DNA of 64,000 nt from the IMG/VR virus record IMGVR_UViG_3300030673_000004, positions 248,001 to 312,000 of that record, one strand, 5' to 3'. Positions 1-10,393 of this stretch are shown here, piece by piece. How positions within the stretch are numbered: the first letter of the stretch is position 1; each line of letters starts with the position of its first letter. A program made the translations under genes and the position numbers. A model generated the notes under the pieces. It was not told the origin of the DNA, searched no databases, and saw only the letters and a program-made list of their open reading frames with translations.

Positions 1-30
1 CATGTGCCTCATAGTAAAAAGGAACTAGCT

Positions 31-669
31 ATGTTTGAATGGCCTGAACTTATTGCTAACATCTATGATTTGTTAAATTCTAAACCGTCTGAGTTTATTG
101 AGCGAGCACCCGGTGAATCTGCTTACATAGCATTTTCAGATGCTGTGCTGATGTACTCTCCAGAGTACGAAGATCTTAACCAGCAAATTTTGACAGTTCT
201 CTATGGTGTTTTCGGTAATCTACCGGCAGCAACATGTGATGTTTGGAAGTTTGAACTTACTAACATACGCCGTGGGTGCCTAATAAAAACAGATTTAGGC
301 AAAACATCCCCACCTGTGACAGACAATGATTCTGTGTGCGTGGCTGTTTGCCTTGTTAATAGGTACAAGCGTGAAATTGATGCTATCCTTAGGTCTGTAC
401 CTAAACCAAGTCTAACAGATCTTGTGTTTTCTTTGACTGATTCCTGTCCTCGGCCCTATTGTAATCTAGCGGATGCTTCGGTCACACTTAATTTTCGTCC
501 TATACCAGCTAGATCTCTGGCAGATATATACCAGGAGCTTCCATCTGCGTGGCGTAAGGTACTGCTTCAACAACTTAGGCGCATAAGTAAAGAATATAGT
601 CTGTCTGTGTATCCGACGGATCATCCTCAGGAGTTACGGTTAGTCTGTAACAGTACACCTGAAGAATAG
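31..669 (+). CDS. hypothetical protein
   Basis: ORF 4..669; AAGGA upstream favours ATG at 31. Confidence 0.7.
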   Translation: MFEWPELIANIYDLLNSKPSEFIERAPGESAYIAFSDAVLMYSPEYEDLNQQILTVLYGVFGNLPAATCDVWKFELTNIRRGCLIKTDLGKTSPPVTDNDSVCVAVCLVNRYKREIDAILRSVPKPSLTDLVFSLTDSCPRPYCNLADASVTLNFRPIPARSLADIYQELPSAWRKVLLQQLRRISKEYSLSVYPTDHPQELRLVCNSTPEE

Positions 670-721
670 AGCGCATGGAAGGCACACTTGTTACTAGGTG
701 TGCTTTTTTGTATGCTATCTA

Positions 722-781
722 TTGACAAAGATACAAAATTAATGTATATTTGTTCTTGTCACCCCAACAAGGAGTTCTCAA
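722..781 (+). promoter_or_regulatory. early promoter-leader cassette, copy 1
   Basis: TTGACA 722-727, 17-bp spacer, TATATT 745-750, AAGGAG RBS; near-identical copies at 19957 and 38949(-). Confidence 0.9.
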
Positions 782-1342
782 ATGGCTACGACGATCAAGT
801 TTATGAAGTTCTTTGTCACCGATGGAACCAACCGCGTGAAGGTGTACTACTCCTTGGACAATCGTGGTGACAAGCGCCCCTGTGTTACTCTGTACGAGAA
901 GGACTACGGGCAGGATTTGGGTAAGTTATTCCCGGATAACTACAAGAATGATACCGACATCATGACGGACTATTTTGATACTGGCCGTGTGACCCTGTTT
1001 GCTGATCATCCGTTGTATACGGCTGCTCGTGCTCGTGCTGAGCAGAATGTTGTAGAGCAGTCCGCGCCTAAGAAGGCGTCTGTGCTGGCTGATTCCGTAA
1101 AGCAGATCTCCGAGAATATCTGGGAAGTTGAGTCTCGTGGGATGCATTTTCAGCTTCAGTATAGGTTCAAGCCTGGGTATAAGTCTTGGTTGGTTACGGC
1201 TACGAGTCACATGTCTCGCGTTCCCAAGATCAAGTGGTTCTCTACTCTGGAAGACGTGGAACGCAGCTATGTTAGCCTTCGCGGCGTTGGCGTGCAGGTT
1301 GCTCCTCCAGAAAACTGCGTTAAGTTTCCTGCTCAGGCGTAA
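782..1342 (+). CDS. early phage hypothetical protein
   Basis: 186-aa ORF with strong RBS directly after the promoter; terminator follows. Confidence 0.85.
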   Translation: MATTIKFMKFFVTDGTNRVKVYYSLDNRGDKRPCVTLYEKDYGQDLGKLFPDNYKNDTDIMTDYFDTGRVTLFADHPLYTAARARAEQNVVEQSAPKKASVLADSVKQISENIWEVESRGMHFQLQYRFKPGYKSWLVTATSHMSRVPKIKWFSTLEDVERSYVSLRGVGVQVAPPENCVKFPAQA

Positions 1343-1356
1343 GATTGATTAATAAC

Positions 1357-1391
1357 AAAACGCCGAGATCTATAAAAGGTCTCGGCGTTTT
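1357..1391. terminator. bidirectional intrinsic terminator
   Basis: AAAACGCCGAGATC/GGTCTCGGCGTTTT inverted repeat between convergent genes. Confidence 0.85.
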
Positions 1392-1439
1392 CTAGTTTAG
1401 TAAGTAATCGTTATGGGAGCCTACGGTTTGAATCGTAGT

Positions 1440-2462
1440 TTAATCATCTACCGTGAGATCTTGGTGTAATTGGACTAGTTCATCCTTGACTATGCGTGCG
1501 GCGGTTTTCCAGTTATCCAATGTTACTGGCCGATGTGCGCCTGCAACAGGCTCAATGAAATCATCAACATTTACTTTGAACGGTGATGTTTCTGCAATAG
1601 CATCTTGTTCTTCTAACTTGACTTCTTCTGGCTTAGTTGGTTCCGGGTATTTGTCTGCTCGGATACGGATGTTAAGCAGTTTCTCTAGATGTGCTGTTAT
1701 GCGTGAGTACGTAAGCGCATAGGTTCGCACAAAAACAGCTTGAAGGAATTTTTGGTCAATTGGATCAAGTCCCGAAAGTAGGCTAAAGGAACCGGATATA
1801 AATAAGTTGATTGAGCCCTCACGATCATCAACTACGTTACTTGGTACTTTTAGCAGCAAGCTTTTGGTTATGGTATTACGGCTAAAGAGTGCGTGCTTTG
1901 TTACCTCAGGGATGAGACTTTTACTGAATTGCTCATCTTGTAATACTCTAGACTTATAGCTTGTCATATTATGCTCAAAAGCATATAGAAAAGCGGCTAA
2001 TGCTGGGTTACGATCAGCAAAGCACTTTTTGTGCAACCATTTCAAACCTGTGACCGCTTCAGTACGAGCACGATCTCGCTCTTCCGTACTGATCAAATCG
2101 GAATAGTTGGGTGTCCATACGGTACCTGTTTCCCATGTAGGCATTACTGTTGGTTCTGCTTTATCTTTTTCTAACGGCAGCGCTGTCTGTCCTCCTAGGA
2201 ATGTTTTGGTCCAATCCAGTCCAAATATATCTTCTTGCGTCGGTGTCCAGACAGATGCTGTATTTGTTTCAACATGCAAGTAATCAATATGCGGTGCATA
2301 GCTTATCTGAGTACCTTCTGTAAAAATACCCAACAACGGATTACGGTTGACAGGGAAAGTAGATCCTGGAACAGAGTAGATGAAGTCATTTCTTGGCCAA
2401 GAGGCTCTACGGTACAGTTCGCCGTTGTTTAGTTTGGGTAAGATTTCACTGAAGTACATCAT
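1440..2462 (-). CDS. DUF2829 (Tad2-like) N-terminal domain fused to an unknown domain
   Basis: N-terminal ~85 aa FSEIL..L.NG..YRRASW...YAPHID...WTPTQEDIFGLDW match the DUF2829 pattern. Confidence 0.7.
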   Translation of the reverse strand: MMYFSEILPKLNNGELYRRASWPRNDFIYSVPGSTFPVNRNPLLGIFTEGTQISYAPHIDYLHVETNTASVWTPTQEDIFGLDWTKTFLGGQTALPLEKDKAEPTVMPTWETGTVWTPNYSDLISTEERDRARTEAVTGLKWLHKKCFADRNPALAAFLYAFEHNMTSYKSRVLQDEQFSKSLIPEVTKHALFSRNTITKSLLLKVPSNVVDDREGSINLFISGSFSLLSGLDPIDQKFLQAVFVRTYALTYSRITAHLEKLLNIRIRADKYPEPTKPEEVKLEEQDAIAETSPFKVNVDDFIEPVAGAHRPVTLDNWKTAARIVKDELVQLHQDLTVDD

Positions 2463-2536
2463 ACATCCTATGTTTAGTGTCTGCCTCTCATAAACAACTT
2501 CTTTATGCGCAAGTTAACCGTTGCGTGGAGGCTAGC

Positions 2537-3310
2537 ATGATAACGATTTACCCTAATGAAGTAACTGCTTCAGGCAAAAAGTCTAAAAAGTCTAAAGACC
2601 CAAAATGGGAGCAGGGGGCTGTCAAGCATCCCGGTAGCTTGCGTAAATGGGCTGAAAAAGACTTTGGTCTTGAGAAGGGTGAGAAGTTTTCAATTTCCCT
2701 TTTGGATAGAATGCATGTGTCGGCTGAGAAGTCTGGAAATGCGCACAGGATCAAACAGATAAACTTAGCCAAGACATTTGTTCGTCAGGGTAAGAAAAAG
2801 CACGCAAAAGCGGAAGCCGCCGTTGCTACTGCTGCTGCTGTATCTGTTCTAGCAAGTGCTGGTACCCCGGCTATTGTTGTGGCTGGTTCAGAAGGTCTTG
2901 ATGATCATCTAGCAAAAAATGATCGTTTTGAGACAGGCAAGCCTGTGACTGTTGAATACATTCATAACGATACATCTTCCACCTATGGTGGTTCAAGGTT
3001 CGGAAAGGATGTAGAGCCTTCTGGCTTTTATGTGCTAGAACGTGATGCTGGTGCTCCTGTTCCTGAGGGGTGGAGTGCAGGAAAGATGGAGATCAAGAAT
3101 CCTTTGGTCCTTGACTGGGGCTCCGACTCTGATGGTGATACAGATAGTTGGAAGCATGTTCTTGCTGACGTTTATCGTGCTACAGGTACCGAGCTCACAA
3201 AGAAGCTCCTGGCTGAGGGTTATACCCATATTGTTACTTTGGATGATGGAAAGCCTACCGAAATTGTAGCTCTTGGGCTTCCTAAAGGTACGAAGGAACC
3301 CGAAGAGTGA
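2537..3310 (+). CDS. putative virion protein with C-terminal ADP-ribosyltransferase-like domain
   Basis: GGAGG before ATG 2537; YIHN...GFY...KNPLV...GYTHIV...TEIVAL resembles ART-PolyVal domains. Confidence 0.55.
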   Translation: MITIYPNEVTASGKKSKKSKDPKWEQGAVKHPGSLRKWAEKDFGLEKGEKFSISLLDRMHVSAEKSGNAHRIKQINLAKTFVRQGKKKHAKAEAAVATAAAVSVLASAGTPAIVVAGSEGLDDHLAKNDRFETGKPVTVEYIHNDTSSTYGGSRFGKDVEPSGFYVLERDAGAPVPEGWSAGKMEIKNPLVLDWGSDSDGDTDSWKHVLADVYRATGTELTKKLLAEGYTHIVTLDDGKPTEIVALGLPKGTKEPEE

Positions 3311-4380
3311 TTTCAGATCAAGCTGAATACGATGTTAGCCGTGCTATTCGGTTTGTTCGCGATCATATTATTGAGTGGGCTAGTCATCATGAGTCAAAAA
3401 CTCCTTATATTATTAAGGGACATTCAACATCTGATCCACAGTGTCCATCTAATCCTCTGTTTACGGTTCCTCTCTGGTATATATTTAGGCTGAATAAAAA
3501 TCCAAAAGGGTCAGATCCTAAGCAGCTTGATAGAATACTCCCTAAGTACGAAAGCCCTGAGGCGGTAGATACATTATATAAATTACTTTGTAACATATCT
3601 TTGGTATTTACAGAGGGGCCTATAACGTTAGCTTACGATAAAGAGTACGAAGCTTTATTCCGTAGGATAGCATTAGATGCGATACCCAAATTTGGGACTA
3701 CAGGGATCATAGCTTTACCCTACCAAGAAGCTGTGCATAGGTCCTCATACTTGGAGAGTGTCCTGAGTCATGAAGTTCGGCATGCTGCTGACTCTGTAAC
3801 TAACCACTGGTCTATGCGTGATCCACATCCAGATTATAGCAAGGATCATGAGGTCTATTATAAAGACCCGTCAGAGATTAGAGCGCGTGTCACCGAAATA
3901 GGCCACTCGGCTGAGGATGTTATTCATGCTTTAGTTGCTCAGTCGATAGGTACCCAAGGTGAGCCTGAGCACAGAGCTAACTCTCTACGGATCTTAACTG
4001 AGATATTTGGTTCTGGGGCTGCTGTTTTTTCCTCTTGGCTTTATGGGTTACTCACGCCTTTTCATAAAGGTGGTGTATCCTTAATTGGGGATACAGAAAT
4101 ACCTAGACCTACATTGGATATATCTTTAACACAAGTGCTGTTGAAGATTACCGCAAGTGCCTATTCGGGTAAAGCTATAAATTCAAAAGAGCAGGAAGCT
4201 ATTCAAGATTGGATGGCTAATTATAGCAAGTCCTTATACAATTATTTGGTAAAGCTCTACAGATCTAAGTTGCCTTTATCTGTTTTTCATGAGAGCAAGC
4301 CGAAAACTGAACAGCTATGGAAAATAGCTCATAAAAATCTAGCTCTTATTAAGCAAGAATTACCTAATATGACGTGGTAA
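3307..4380 (+). CDS. zincin-like metallopeptidase
   Basis: LSHEVRHAAD (HExxH) plus downstream YYKDPSEIRAR. Confidence 0.65.
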   Translation: MISDQAEYDVSRAIRFVRDHIIEWASHHESKTPYIIKGHSTSDPQCPSNPLFTVPLWYIFRLNKNPKGSDPKQLDRILPKYESPEAVDTLYKLLCNISLVFTEGPITLAYDKEYEALFRRIALDAIPKFGTTGIIALPYQEAVHRSSYLESVLSHEVRHAADSVTNHWSMRDPHPDYSKDHEVYYKDPSEIRARVTEIGHSAEDVIHALVAQSIGTQGEPEHRANSLRILTEIFGSGAAVFSSWLYGLLTPFHKGGVSLIGDTEIPRPTLDISLTQVLLKITASAYSGKAINSKEQEAIQDWMANYSKSLYNYLVKLYRSKLPLSVFHESKPKTEQLWKIAHKNLALIKQELPNMTW

Positions 4381-4408
4381 TTGGATACTAATTCTTATTG
4401 AGGACATA

Positions 4409-5620
4409 ATGAATATCATTCCTAATGAACATACACTAGAGCAAGTATCGCATGAGTTCTTATCTAAGCTGCCTGGGCATTTGCCCATGCCTAAATTTGA
4501 GCTGAAGAGTGATTACCACTCGGCTTGGCTGGGTAAGTGTGAATGGATGCCCGGTGAACGTAATACTACTATTTTTGTTCAAAAGAGTATCTTTGCAGAT
4601 AAAGATACTCTTCGTAGAGTCGTAGCCCATGAATTGTGTCACCACTGTGACTATCTCACAAATGAGCTATCCGCTTATGAGAAGGATCCTAAGACTTTCT
4701 CCATCCATGAGCGCTATCGTGATGGGCATGGATCGTCGTTCCATAAGATTGCATCCCTATTAAACTCTGTTTACGGTAAAAACTTTGTTGTTGACAAGAG
4801 TGATCTAGCAATGGATCTAGAGAAGGTACCCGAGTATACAATACTCTTGATGCGAGACAAAGGTAACCGAATCTACTGGTCTGTTGCTGAGCACCCCTCA
4901 GAAGAGCAGTTAACACACATTACTGATCTGCTTACTCAGAAATTCGATCATCGCGAGTATAAGTTAACTAAGTCTACGGATCCTCTTTTAGCGAAGGGTT
5001 CACCTATTGGACACGGGTTCTCTACACCTAAACCTGGTAAGGATCCTGTTAAGAATGCTCTTGTAAGCCGCTTGGCGGAACTCTGGAAGAACGGTGAGAC
5101 TGTAACCCCACCGCATGTGGTACAGTCCTCAGAGGAAGAAAGTGTCTTTGTTCCTCGTGAGCGTAAAGTAACTATTTTTGCTCAGGGTTCTGTTTATTAT
5201 ATTGCTGAGTCATTTTCCTCTGAGATAGGACAATCGACTGCTTATGATAAATACAATTTAATCGCTGGCCCGCTATCTGCTCGTAATGTTGCTATTGTCC
5301 GACCTATTATGGAAGGTCGCATTACAGCTAAGTTACCTAAGAATCTAAAACTCAAAGTCCCAGGTCAACTATATGGCAGTATTGAGTTAGAGTTCTGTGT
5401 ACCTGAGACTGATATTTCGTTTCTTGTGATTGCATCTGCTCGTGGTGAGATAAAACTAGACCTCATGGAAGGCTCTAATCGACATAATGTATTCACACGT
5501 GACATGAAACAAAGTATCTGGGAAGCGGCACCTGCGCAAGTATTTACGGCTATATTTGTTACTATTCGTCACGCTCTTATTGATCAGATGCAGCAATTAG
5601 GTATACAACCAGTCCTATAA
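4409..5620 (+). CDS. SprT-like zinc metalloprotease domain protein
   Basis: VVAHELCHH...GHGSSF, i.e. HExxH followed by HGxxF. Confidence 0.75.
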   Translation: MNIIPNEHTLEQVSHEFLSKLPGHLPMPKFELKSDYHSAWLGKCEWMPGERNTTIFVQKSIFADKDTLRRVVAHELCHHCDYLTNELSAYEKDPKTFSIHERYRDGHGSSFHKIASLLNSVYGKNFVVDKSDLAMDLEKVPEYTILLMRDKGNRIYWSVAEHPSEEQLTHITDLLTQKFDHREYKLTKSTDPLLAKGSPIGHGFSTPKPGKDPVKNALVSRLAELWKNGETVTPPHVVQSSEEESVFVPRERKVTIFAQGSVYYIAESFSSEIGQSTAYDKYNLIAGPLSARNVAIVRPIMEGRITAKLPKNLKLKVPGQLYGSIELEFCVPETDISFLVIASARGEIKLDLMEGSNRHNVFTRDMKQSIWEAAPAQVFTAIFVTIRHALIDQMQQLGIQPVL

Positions 5621-5685
5621 ATCTGCAAGAACTTCTCTACAGTACACAACTTAAGAACGACTTAGGTGTACTGAGGAGTTAAAAA

Positions 5686-7134
5686 GTGGCACATTCCGTT
5701 AAGCACCAGATATTTGAAGCCATTGCAGATTCACATTTATCTGTACTTTGTGACGGTATTGCTGTTACAGCCGACGTAGTTTCTGACCCTAATTCCTTAG
5801 ATGCTGCCTTAAAAAATAATAATGCTTTTGATACAATAGAGCATGACATTGCAGTTAACCAGGAACAGGCTCCTTTCATAGTTGAGCTTAATCGGCAGTT
5901 AGCTGCTATGACAAATAAAGTACATCTTGTAGCTATAGGGATGAAGCCAAAGCAACAAGGATCTGGTTACTTCTCATTCAGGATCGGTACTAAAGAAGGA
6001 ACTCTGGATGTACTTGTTATTGTTCCTTGTGTATTAAACCAGAACAAAGTTAGTCTTGCTCTTATAGTAAATAAAGCCCCCGTAAGCACTCAGCAGAAGT
6101 TTCAACTTCCGTTTGATCCGGGGAATACTTCCTTTTGGGAGCAGACACTTGGAAACATTGTGTCTAAGATAGTGACTACACTAAAGCCAAAGCTGGCAGC
6201 GATGCTTGCTACAACACAAAATCAAGGGAACAACACCGTGACGACTAACAATGCAACAGCCACAGTAGCAGAAGACGACAATTGGACGCTTGAGTGGGAT
6301 CCTGCTAAGATCCGTAAAGCTTCTGCTGATGGCACGGATAGCTCGGACGAGCCAGATATTTTAGATTATGAAGATGCCTATGAGTCTTTTCTTCAAAATC
6401 TAAATGAATTGATTTCTGGTATATTTGGCGATGATTCTGAACTCAAGTTAACCGCTACTGTTACATTAGGTAATGTTCCACAGAATAAATCTAAAGTTGA
6501 TATCATTACAGGCAATAAAGCTCAAGATCTAATAGATACATATTTCTCTCAAGGTGACAAAATCCTGCGTTTTCGCGAGGGTGACACCAAGGATAGCTTG
6601 ATTGCCGAGACAGAAGCTCCAGGGCATGCCCAACCAGATACATATGAGTTTACTCTTACTGATGATAGTGAAGCTAACGCAGCTCATACTGTTATTGGTA
6701 AGTGGGAATTCTTTGAAAAAGTAGGACTTTCTAAGCCTAAAACCTTTGTTGAACTCGGTGGGGTTCGTCCTAAGAACTATCAAGATCTCTTGAAGTTCAT
6801 GGGCATCATTTGCAGCAATAATGAGATTACTACACAGGCACGTAAGTGGATTGAATCCCAGCGGGATGAGAAGCTGCCCAGTCTTCATGGGTTCGCTATT
6901 GCCTTAAACGGAAATGCACAAACACCTATAGTTATGGTAGGTAACAGTGCAGTAGCCTATGCTATGGTCTTTACTAAAGATGCTGTTAACATCGCTCGGT
7001 CTGTGAATAAAAAGTCTTATCCTGTTGGCCGATGGACATGGGAAGAGCGTTGTTCCCGCTTGTCTTGTGCCGCTGTTCTCATCTATCTGCTCCGCACGGT
7101 GTCTTCTAAGATCACCAGTGAATACACACTATAA
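5686..7134 (+). CDS. hypothetical protein, probable virion component
   Basis: 482-aa ORF, GAGGAG RBS, acidic linkers. Confidence 0.75.
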   Translation: MAHSVKHQIFEAIADSHLSVLCDGIAVTADVVSDPNSLDAALKNNNAFDTIEHDIAVNQEQAPFIVELNRQLAAMTNKVHLVAIGMKPKQQGSGYFSFRIGTKEGTLDVLVIVPCVLNQNKVSLALIVNKAPVSTQQKFQLPFDPGNTSFWEQTLGNIVSKIVTTLKPKLAAMLATTQNQGNNTVTTNNATATVAEDDNWTLEWDPAKIRKASADGTDSSDEPDILDYEDAYESFLQNLNELISGIFGDDSELKLTATVTLGNVPQNKSKVDIITGNKAQDLIDTYFSQGDKILRFREGDTKDSLIAETEAPGHAQPDTYEFTLTDDSEANAAHTVIGKWEFFEKVGLSKPKTFVELGGVRPKNYQDLLKFMGIICSNNEITTQARKWIESQRDEKLPSLHGFAIALNGNAQTPIVMVGNSAVAYAMVFTKDAVNIARSVNKKSYPVGRWTWEERCSRLSCAAVLIYLLRTVSSKITSEYTL

Positions 7135-7143
7135 GAGGAAACG

Positions 7144-10100
7144 ATGCCTACCTTCAATAATATTCCAAGTAATATCCGTAAGAATCTGCTAACACCTATT
7201 GACCTTACTCAGGGCACGGCTTTGCTTCGTTCTAATCTAAGGAACATCGCTAACAGTTTGAGTAATGTAAATGGCTATAAATCATTTCTTCGTCAGGAAT
7301 TGCGTTCTCTTATGCATCCGCGTGAGAACGGCTTTCTTGGTTTGGTAGCTACAAATAATGTCAATGATATATCTATTGATTTAGTAGGTAACCCTATTCC
7401 AAAGATTATCTTTGGTGGTACCTATGTTGACATTGCTGTAGTTTTCAATCAGGATGCTTTTCGTATTGTTCTAGAAAAGGACGCATCTGCTGATGGTGCT
7501 ACTGTTGCCGGGTGGATATTGGCAGTTATTCCATACACACCTTTTGACAAGCTCACTTTTGGTGGGTTCTTAATCTATTTACTTCGCCGTATTGACGATA
7601 TCTTGTCTAAGACAGCAGCGCTAACTCGCTATGACAATAAGCTTGTTCGTCTTCCTGTAAATTCTGTAGGTATCGGCAGAAATGATAGAGCACCTGAGGC
7701 ACCAGATGAAGCTGCTATTGCACAACCACCTCAGCCTATAGAGGCACCTGAGGTAGCCCAAGCTCCTGCTCCAATAGAGAAACCTAAGCCCGAGCCTGTT
7801 ATTCCCGAGCAGCCTTTAGAGGATGAACCTGAAGTTGAGGATGTGGATACTAAGTCTAAGGAATATAAAGCAGCAGCTTCCTTTTCCTTGAGTCCTGATC
7901 TGCAAGAAAGTACAACACCGAAGCATCCTTATGATGCTGTTGGTAATTATGCTACTTTCTTTCAGGTGTTGAAATCTAACTTGAGCGCTGTGCGTAAAGA
8001 GCTAGCTAAATTATCTGGTAATACGTCAGCTAGTGTTAAACTTGATAAATCTGCTATTGTATTTACTGTACAAAATGTACGTGACCCTCAGCTTAGCCTA
8101 TTGACATCTATATCTTTGTTACCTATTGGTCAATTGAACCTGGGTAAGAACAAGGGACCTCGTTTTGAGGTCACCGGTGTATTAGATACTACTTATTATG
8201 ATGGTGAACTTGAGGAGGATGTCGGAAATGTTACACATGTATCTGTAGGAACGTGGAAATGGCTTGCAGAGTATGGTCGTTTGAATACTCTTCAACTAGT
8301 AAATAAAATCGTAGCCGATCTACTTGAAGCCACAACGCATGTTGAACATGCAGCTAACACAAACTCCGACGCTGCTATTGAGACAGAGTCTGAAGCTACA
8401 GCCGCGGATAAGACTAAGCATCCTAAATTGCCTACGGAGGTTAAAGTGCCCGAATCTAAGACTGAGGTTGAGACCTACAAGAAGAAGCTGGCCGAGATCC
8501 GCAAAAAGTCAGAGAAAAAGGGAACGGACACATCGGCCTATAACAAGATAGAGAATAAAACCCCTAAGGCGAAGACAGGTAAAGAATTATCATCTGAGAT
8601 TAATGTACCGGAAGTACCTGATTCTGGAGCAACTACTGTTGCTGACAAAATTAAAGATTCCTTAGAAGAAGCACCTAAAGTAAAACTTCCAAAGAATGCC
8701 GCTATTTTGCCTAAGGTTGTACAGGCTGCAGAAGAAAAGACACCGATTAAACTGCTGCCTTTGAATAAGTGGAATCATAAGAATGCGGATCATTACATAT
8801 ACCAGCCAGGTGGCCATGATTGGAATGGTAATTCATCAGTTATTTCAATCAACAGAGACCCTGATAGTAACTCCTGGTATGTTCGCTTGAACAATATATC
8901 AAAGCAGTTTAAGCAGCTAGTCGGTTCTTTTGTTGAGCCAGTAGCCTCCATTGTTAATGGTCAACTTGTAGATCATAACGGTCAAGGAGATGCCTTTGAA
9001 TCTCCTGAGGCTGCCTACGAGGGTTTACTCTCTGCTCTTAATACGGCTTTATATGGGAATGAGGCTACAGCTAAAGAGTTTGATGAGGACTACACGGCAG
9101 ACTCGCTAACAGACCTTGAACTGAATGACATGGATACAGATTTTGCTGACACCGACAAAAGTCTTGAGGATCCTAATGATGTCGTTGAGGGAGCTGCTGA
9201 CGGGGATGAAGCTGCATCGGAACCACCGGCAACACCAGCAGAGCCTGAGTCGCTTGAAACGTCTGATGGCGATGAAGAGAAGGTTGACATTAACACAGCC
9301 CTTAAATTCCGTGCAGTGCTGCCAGAAGATGCGGACGCTGAGCTCCCATCAAAACTCACGGAGCTGTTTGATGCTATATCTGATGGAAAAGTTCCCGAGG
9401 ATACCGTGATCTTTGTAACATCTGGCACAGGGTTGCGTACCTACACAGTAGGTAAGAATGAGGATGACTCGGTAAGTCTTCGGTGTGAGTACAGTGACGC
9501 TTTGATTCTTGATGGTATGGCGGGTACTCTAGATGACACTGAAGTAACAAAGACATTGGATAAAGCTAAGTCTGAGCAAGAAGATCGTTCTGCTAGTCTT
9601 CGCAACATTGATGAGATTTTTGATGCTTTTGAGACTATCGTTAAAGAAGACACTTTCGATCCCCAGAACTTCAATGACACTGCTGATGGTGATGACGGTG
9701 GCTATACCCTACCATCTGATCGTGATCGCTTAGATGCTGATTTAGCTGATTACGCTAAGAAGTCTTCAGATGATGCTGAAGCTGAAACGGATGAAGAGCC
9801 ATCAGAGGAAGAGGAGGCCGACGCCGCTTTTGCTTCTGCTCTGGTAGATTTGCTCCACTACAAGGAAAACCCGGTGGCTGCTGCTGCTGAGGTGAACGCT
9901 ATCATCCACGCTTTCTCTGGTGATGCTGAGGCGGCTTTCTCCTTGATTGAAGATAAGGGATTGTTTGCCAACGCATCTACATTCCCTGTCATGGAGACCA
10001 AGTTCTACAAACGTGGCGCTCGTCAGTATCCTGCGTATCACATGAGTGTGGCATCTACTACAGAGCCTACTCTAATGTTTGTTCCTCGGACAGGTGCTTA

Positions 10101-10149
10101 CGCTATCGCATCCCTAGAAGAGCTACAGAGTGAAGAGGCTCGCGGATAA
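7144..10149 (+). CDS. large acidic protein, probable virion/head protein
   Basis: 1001-aa ORF with D/E-rich and Pro-rich linkers and repeated x-x-A-A motifs. Confidence 0.75.
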   Translation: MPTFNNIPSNIRKNLLTPIDLTQGTALLRSNLRNIANSLSNVNGYKSFLRQELRSLMHPRENGFLGLVATNNVNDISIDLVGNPIPKIIFGGTYVDIAVVFNQDAFRIVLEKDASADGATVAGWILAVIPYTPFDKLTFGGFLIYLLRRIDDILSKTAALTRYDNKLVRLPVNSVGIGRNDRAPEAPDEAAIAQPPQPIEAPEVAQAPAPIEKPKPEPVIPEQPLEDEPEVEDVDTKSKEYKAAASFSLSPDLQESTTPKHPYDAVGNYATFFQVLKSNLSAVRKELAKLSGNTSASVKLDKSAIVFTVQNVRDPQLSLLTSISLLPIGQLNLGKNKGPRFEVTGVLDTTYYDGELEEDVGNVTHVSVGTWKWLAEYGRLNTLQLVNKIVADLLEATTHVEHAANTNSDAAIETESEATAADKTKHPKLPTEVKVPESKTEVETYKKKLAEIRKKSEKKGTDTSAYNKIENKTPKAKTGKELSSEINVPEVPDSGATTVADKIKDSLEEAPKVKLPKNAAILPKVVQAAEEKTPIKLLPLNKWNHKNADHYIYQPGGHDWNGNSSVISINRDPDSNSWYVRLNNISKQFKQLVGSFVEPVASIVNGQLVDHNGQGDAFESPEAAYEGLLSALNTALYGNEATAKEFDEDYTADSLTDLELNDMDTDFADTDKSLEDPNDVVEGAADGDEAASEPPATPAEPESLETSDGDEEKVDINTALKFRAVLPEDADAELPSKLTELFDAISDGKVPEDTVIFVTSGTGLRTYTVGKNEDDSVSLRCEYSDALILDGMAGTLDDTEVTKTLDKAKSEQEDRSASLRNIDEIFDAFETIVKEDTFDPQNFNDTADGDDGGYTLPSDRDRLDADLADYAKKSSDDAEAETDEEPSEEEEADAAFASALVDLLHYKENPVAAAAEVNAIIHAFSGDAEAAFSLIEDKGLFANASTFPVMETKFYKRGARQYPAYHMSVASTTEPTLMFVPRTGAYAIASLEELQSEEARG

Positions 10150-10156
10150 TATAAAC

Positions 10157-10188
10157 AGATCGGGTGCTTTGACAGAAGCACCCGATCT
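10157..10188. terminator. intrinsic terminator hairpin
   Basis: AGATCGGGTGCTT/AAGCACCCGATCT perfect 13-bp stem between convergent genes. Confidence 0.8.
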
Positions 10189-10199
10189 TCGCTCTTTAA

Positions 10200-10277
10200 T
10201 TAGATACCAAACCAATTACAGAATAATCTTACGAGTATTCCAATTAGAACTTGTGTAGCTATTTCTGATAATGACAT
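10200..10277 (-). CDS. small hydrophobic peptide, Fst/Ldr-like type I toxin candidate
   Basis: MSLSEIATQVLIGILVRLFCNWFGI (25 aa); AGGAGGT RBS; TATAAT on - strand at 10336-10341. Confidence 0.55.
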   Translation of the reverse strand: MSLSEIATQVLIGILVRLFCNWFGI

Positions 10278-10393
10278 TTTAACCTCCTTTCTGTTGAAAT
10301 TATGCCGCGTGGCTTTTGTTGCCTTCCTGTTTGTGATTATAGTCCGTGTTTTCAAATAATCTCTTAGTATAATGCACACAACCAAGGTTGTTT

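Noticed and set aside
688-870. Shared MYICSCH peptide in ORFs 688 and 19977
   Set aside because: Artefact of translating the repeated promoter cassette
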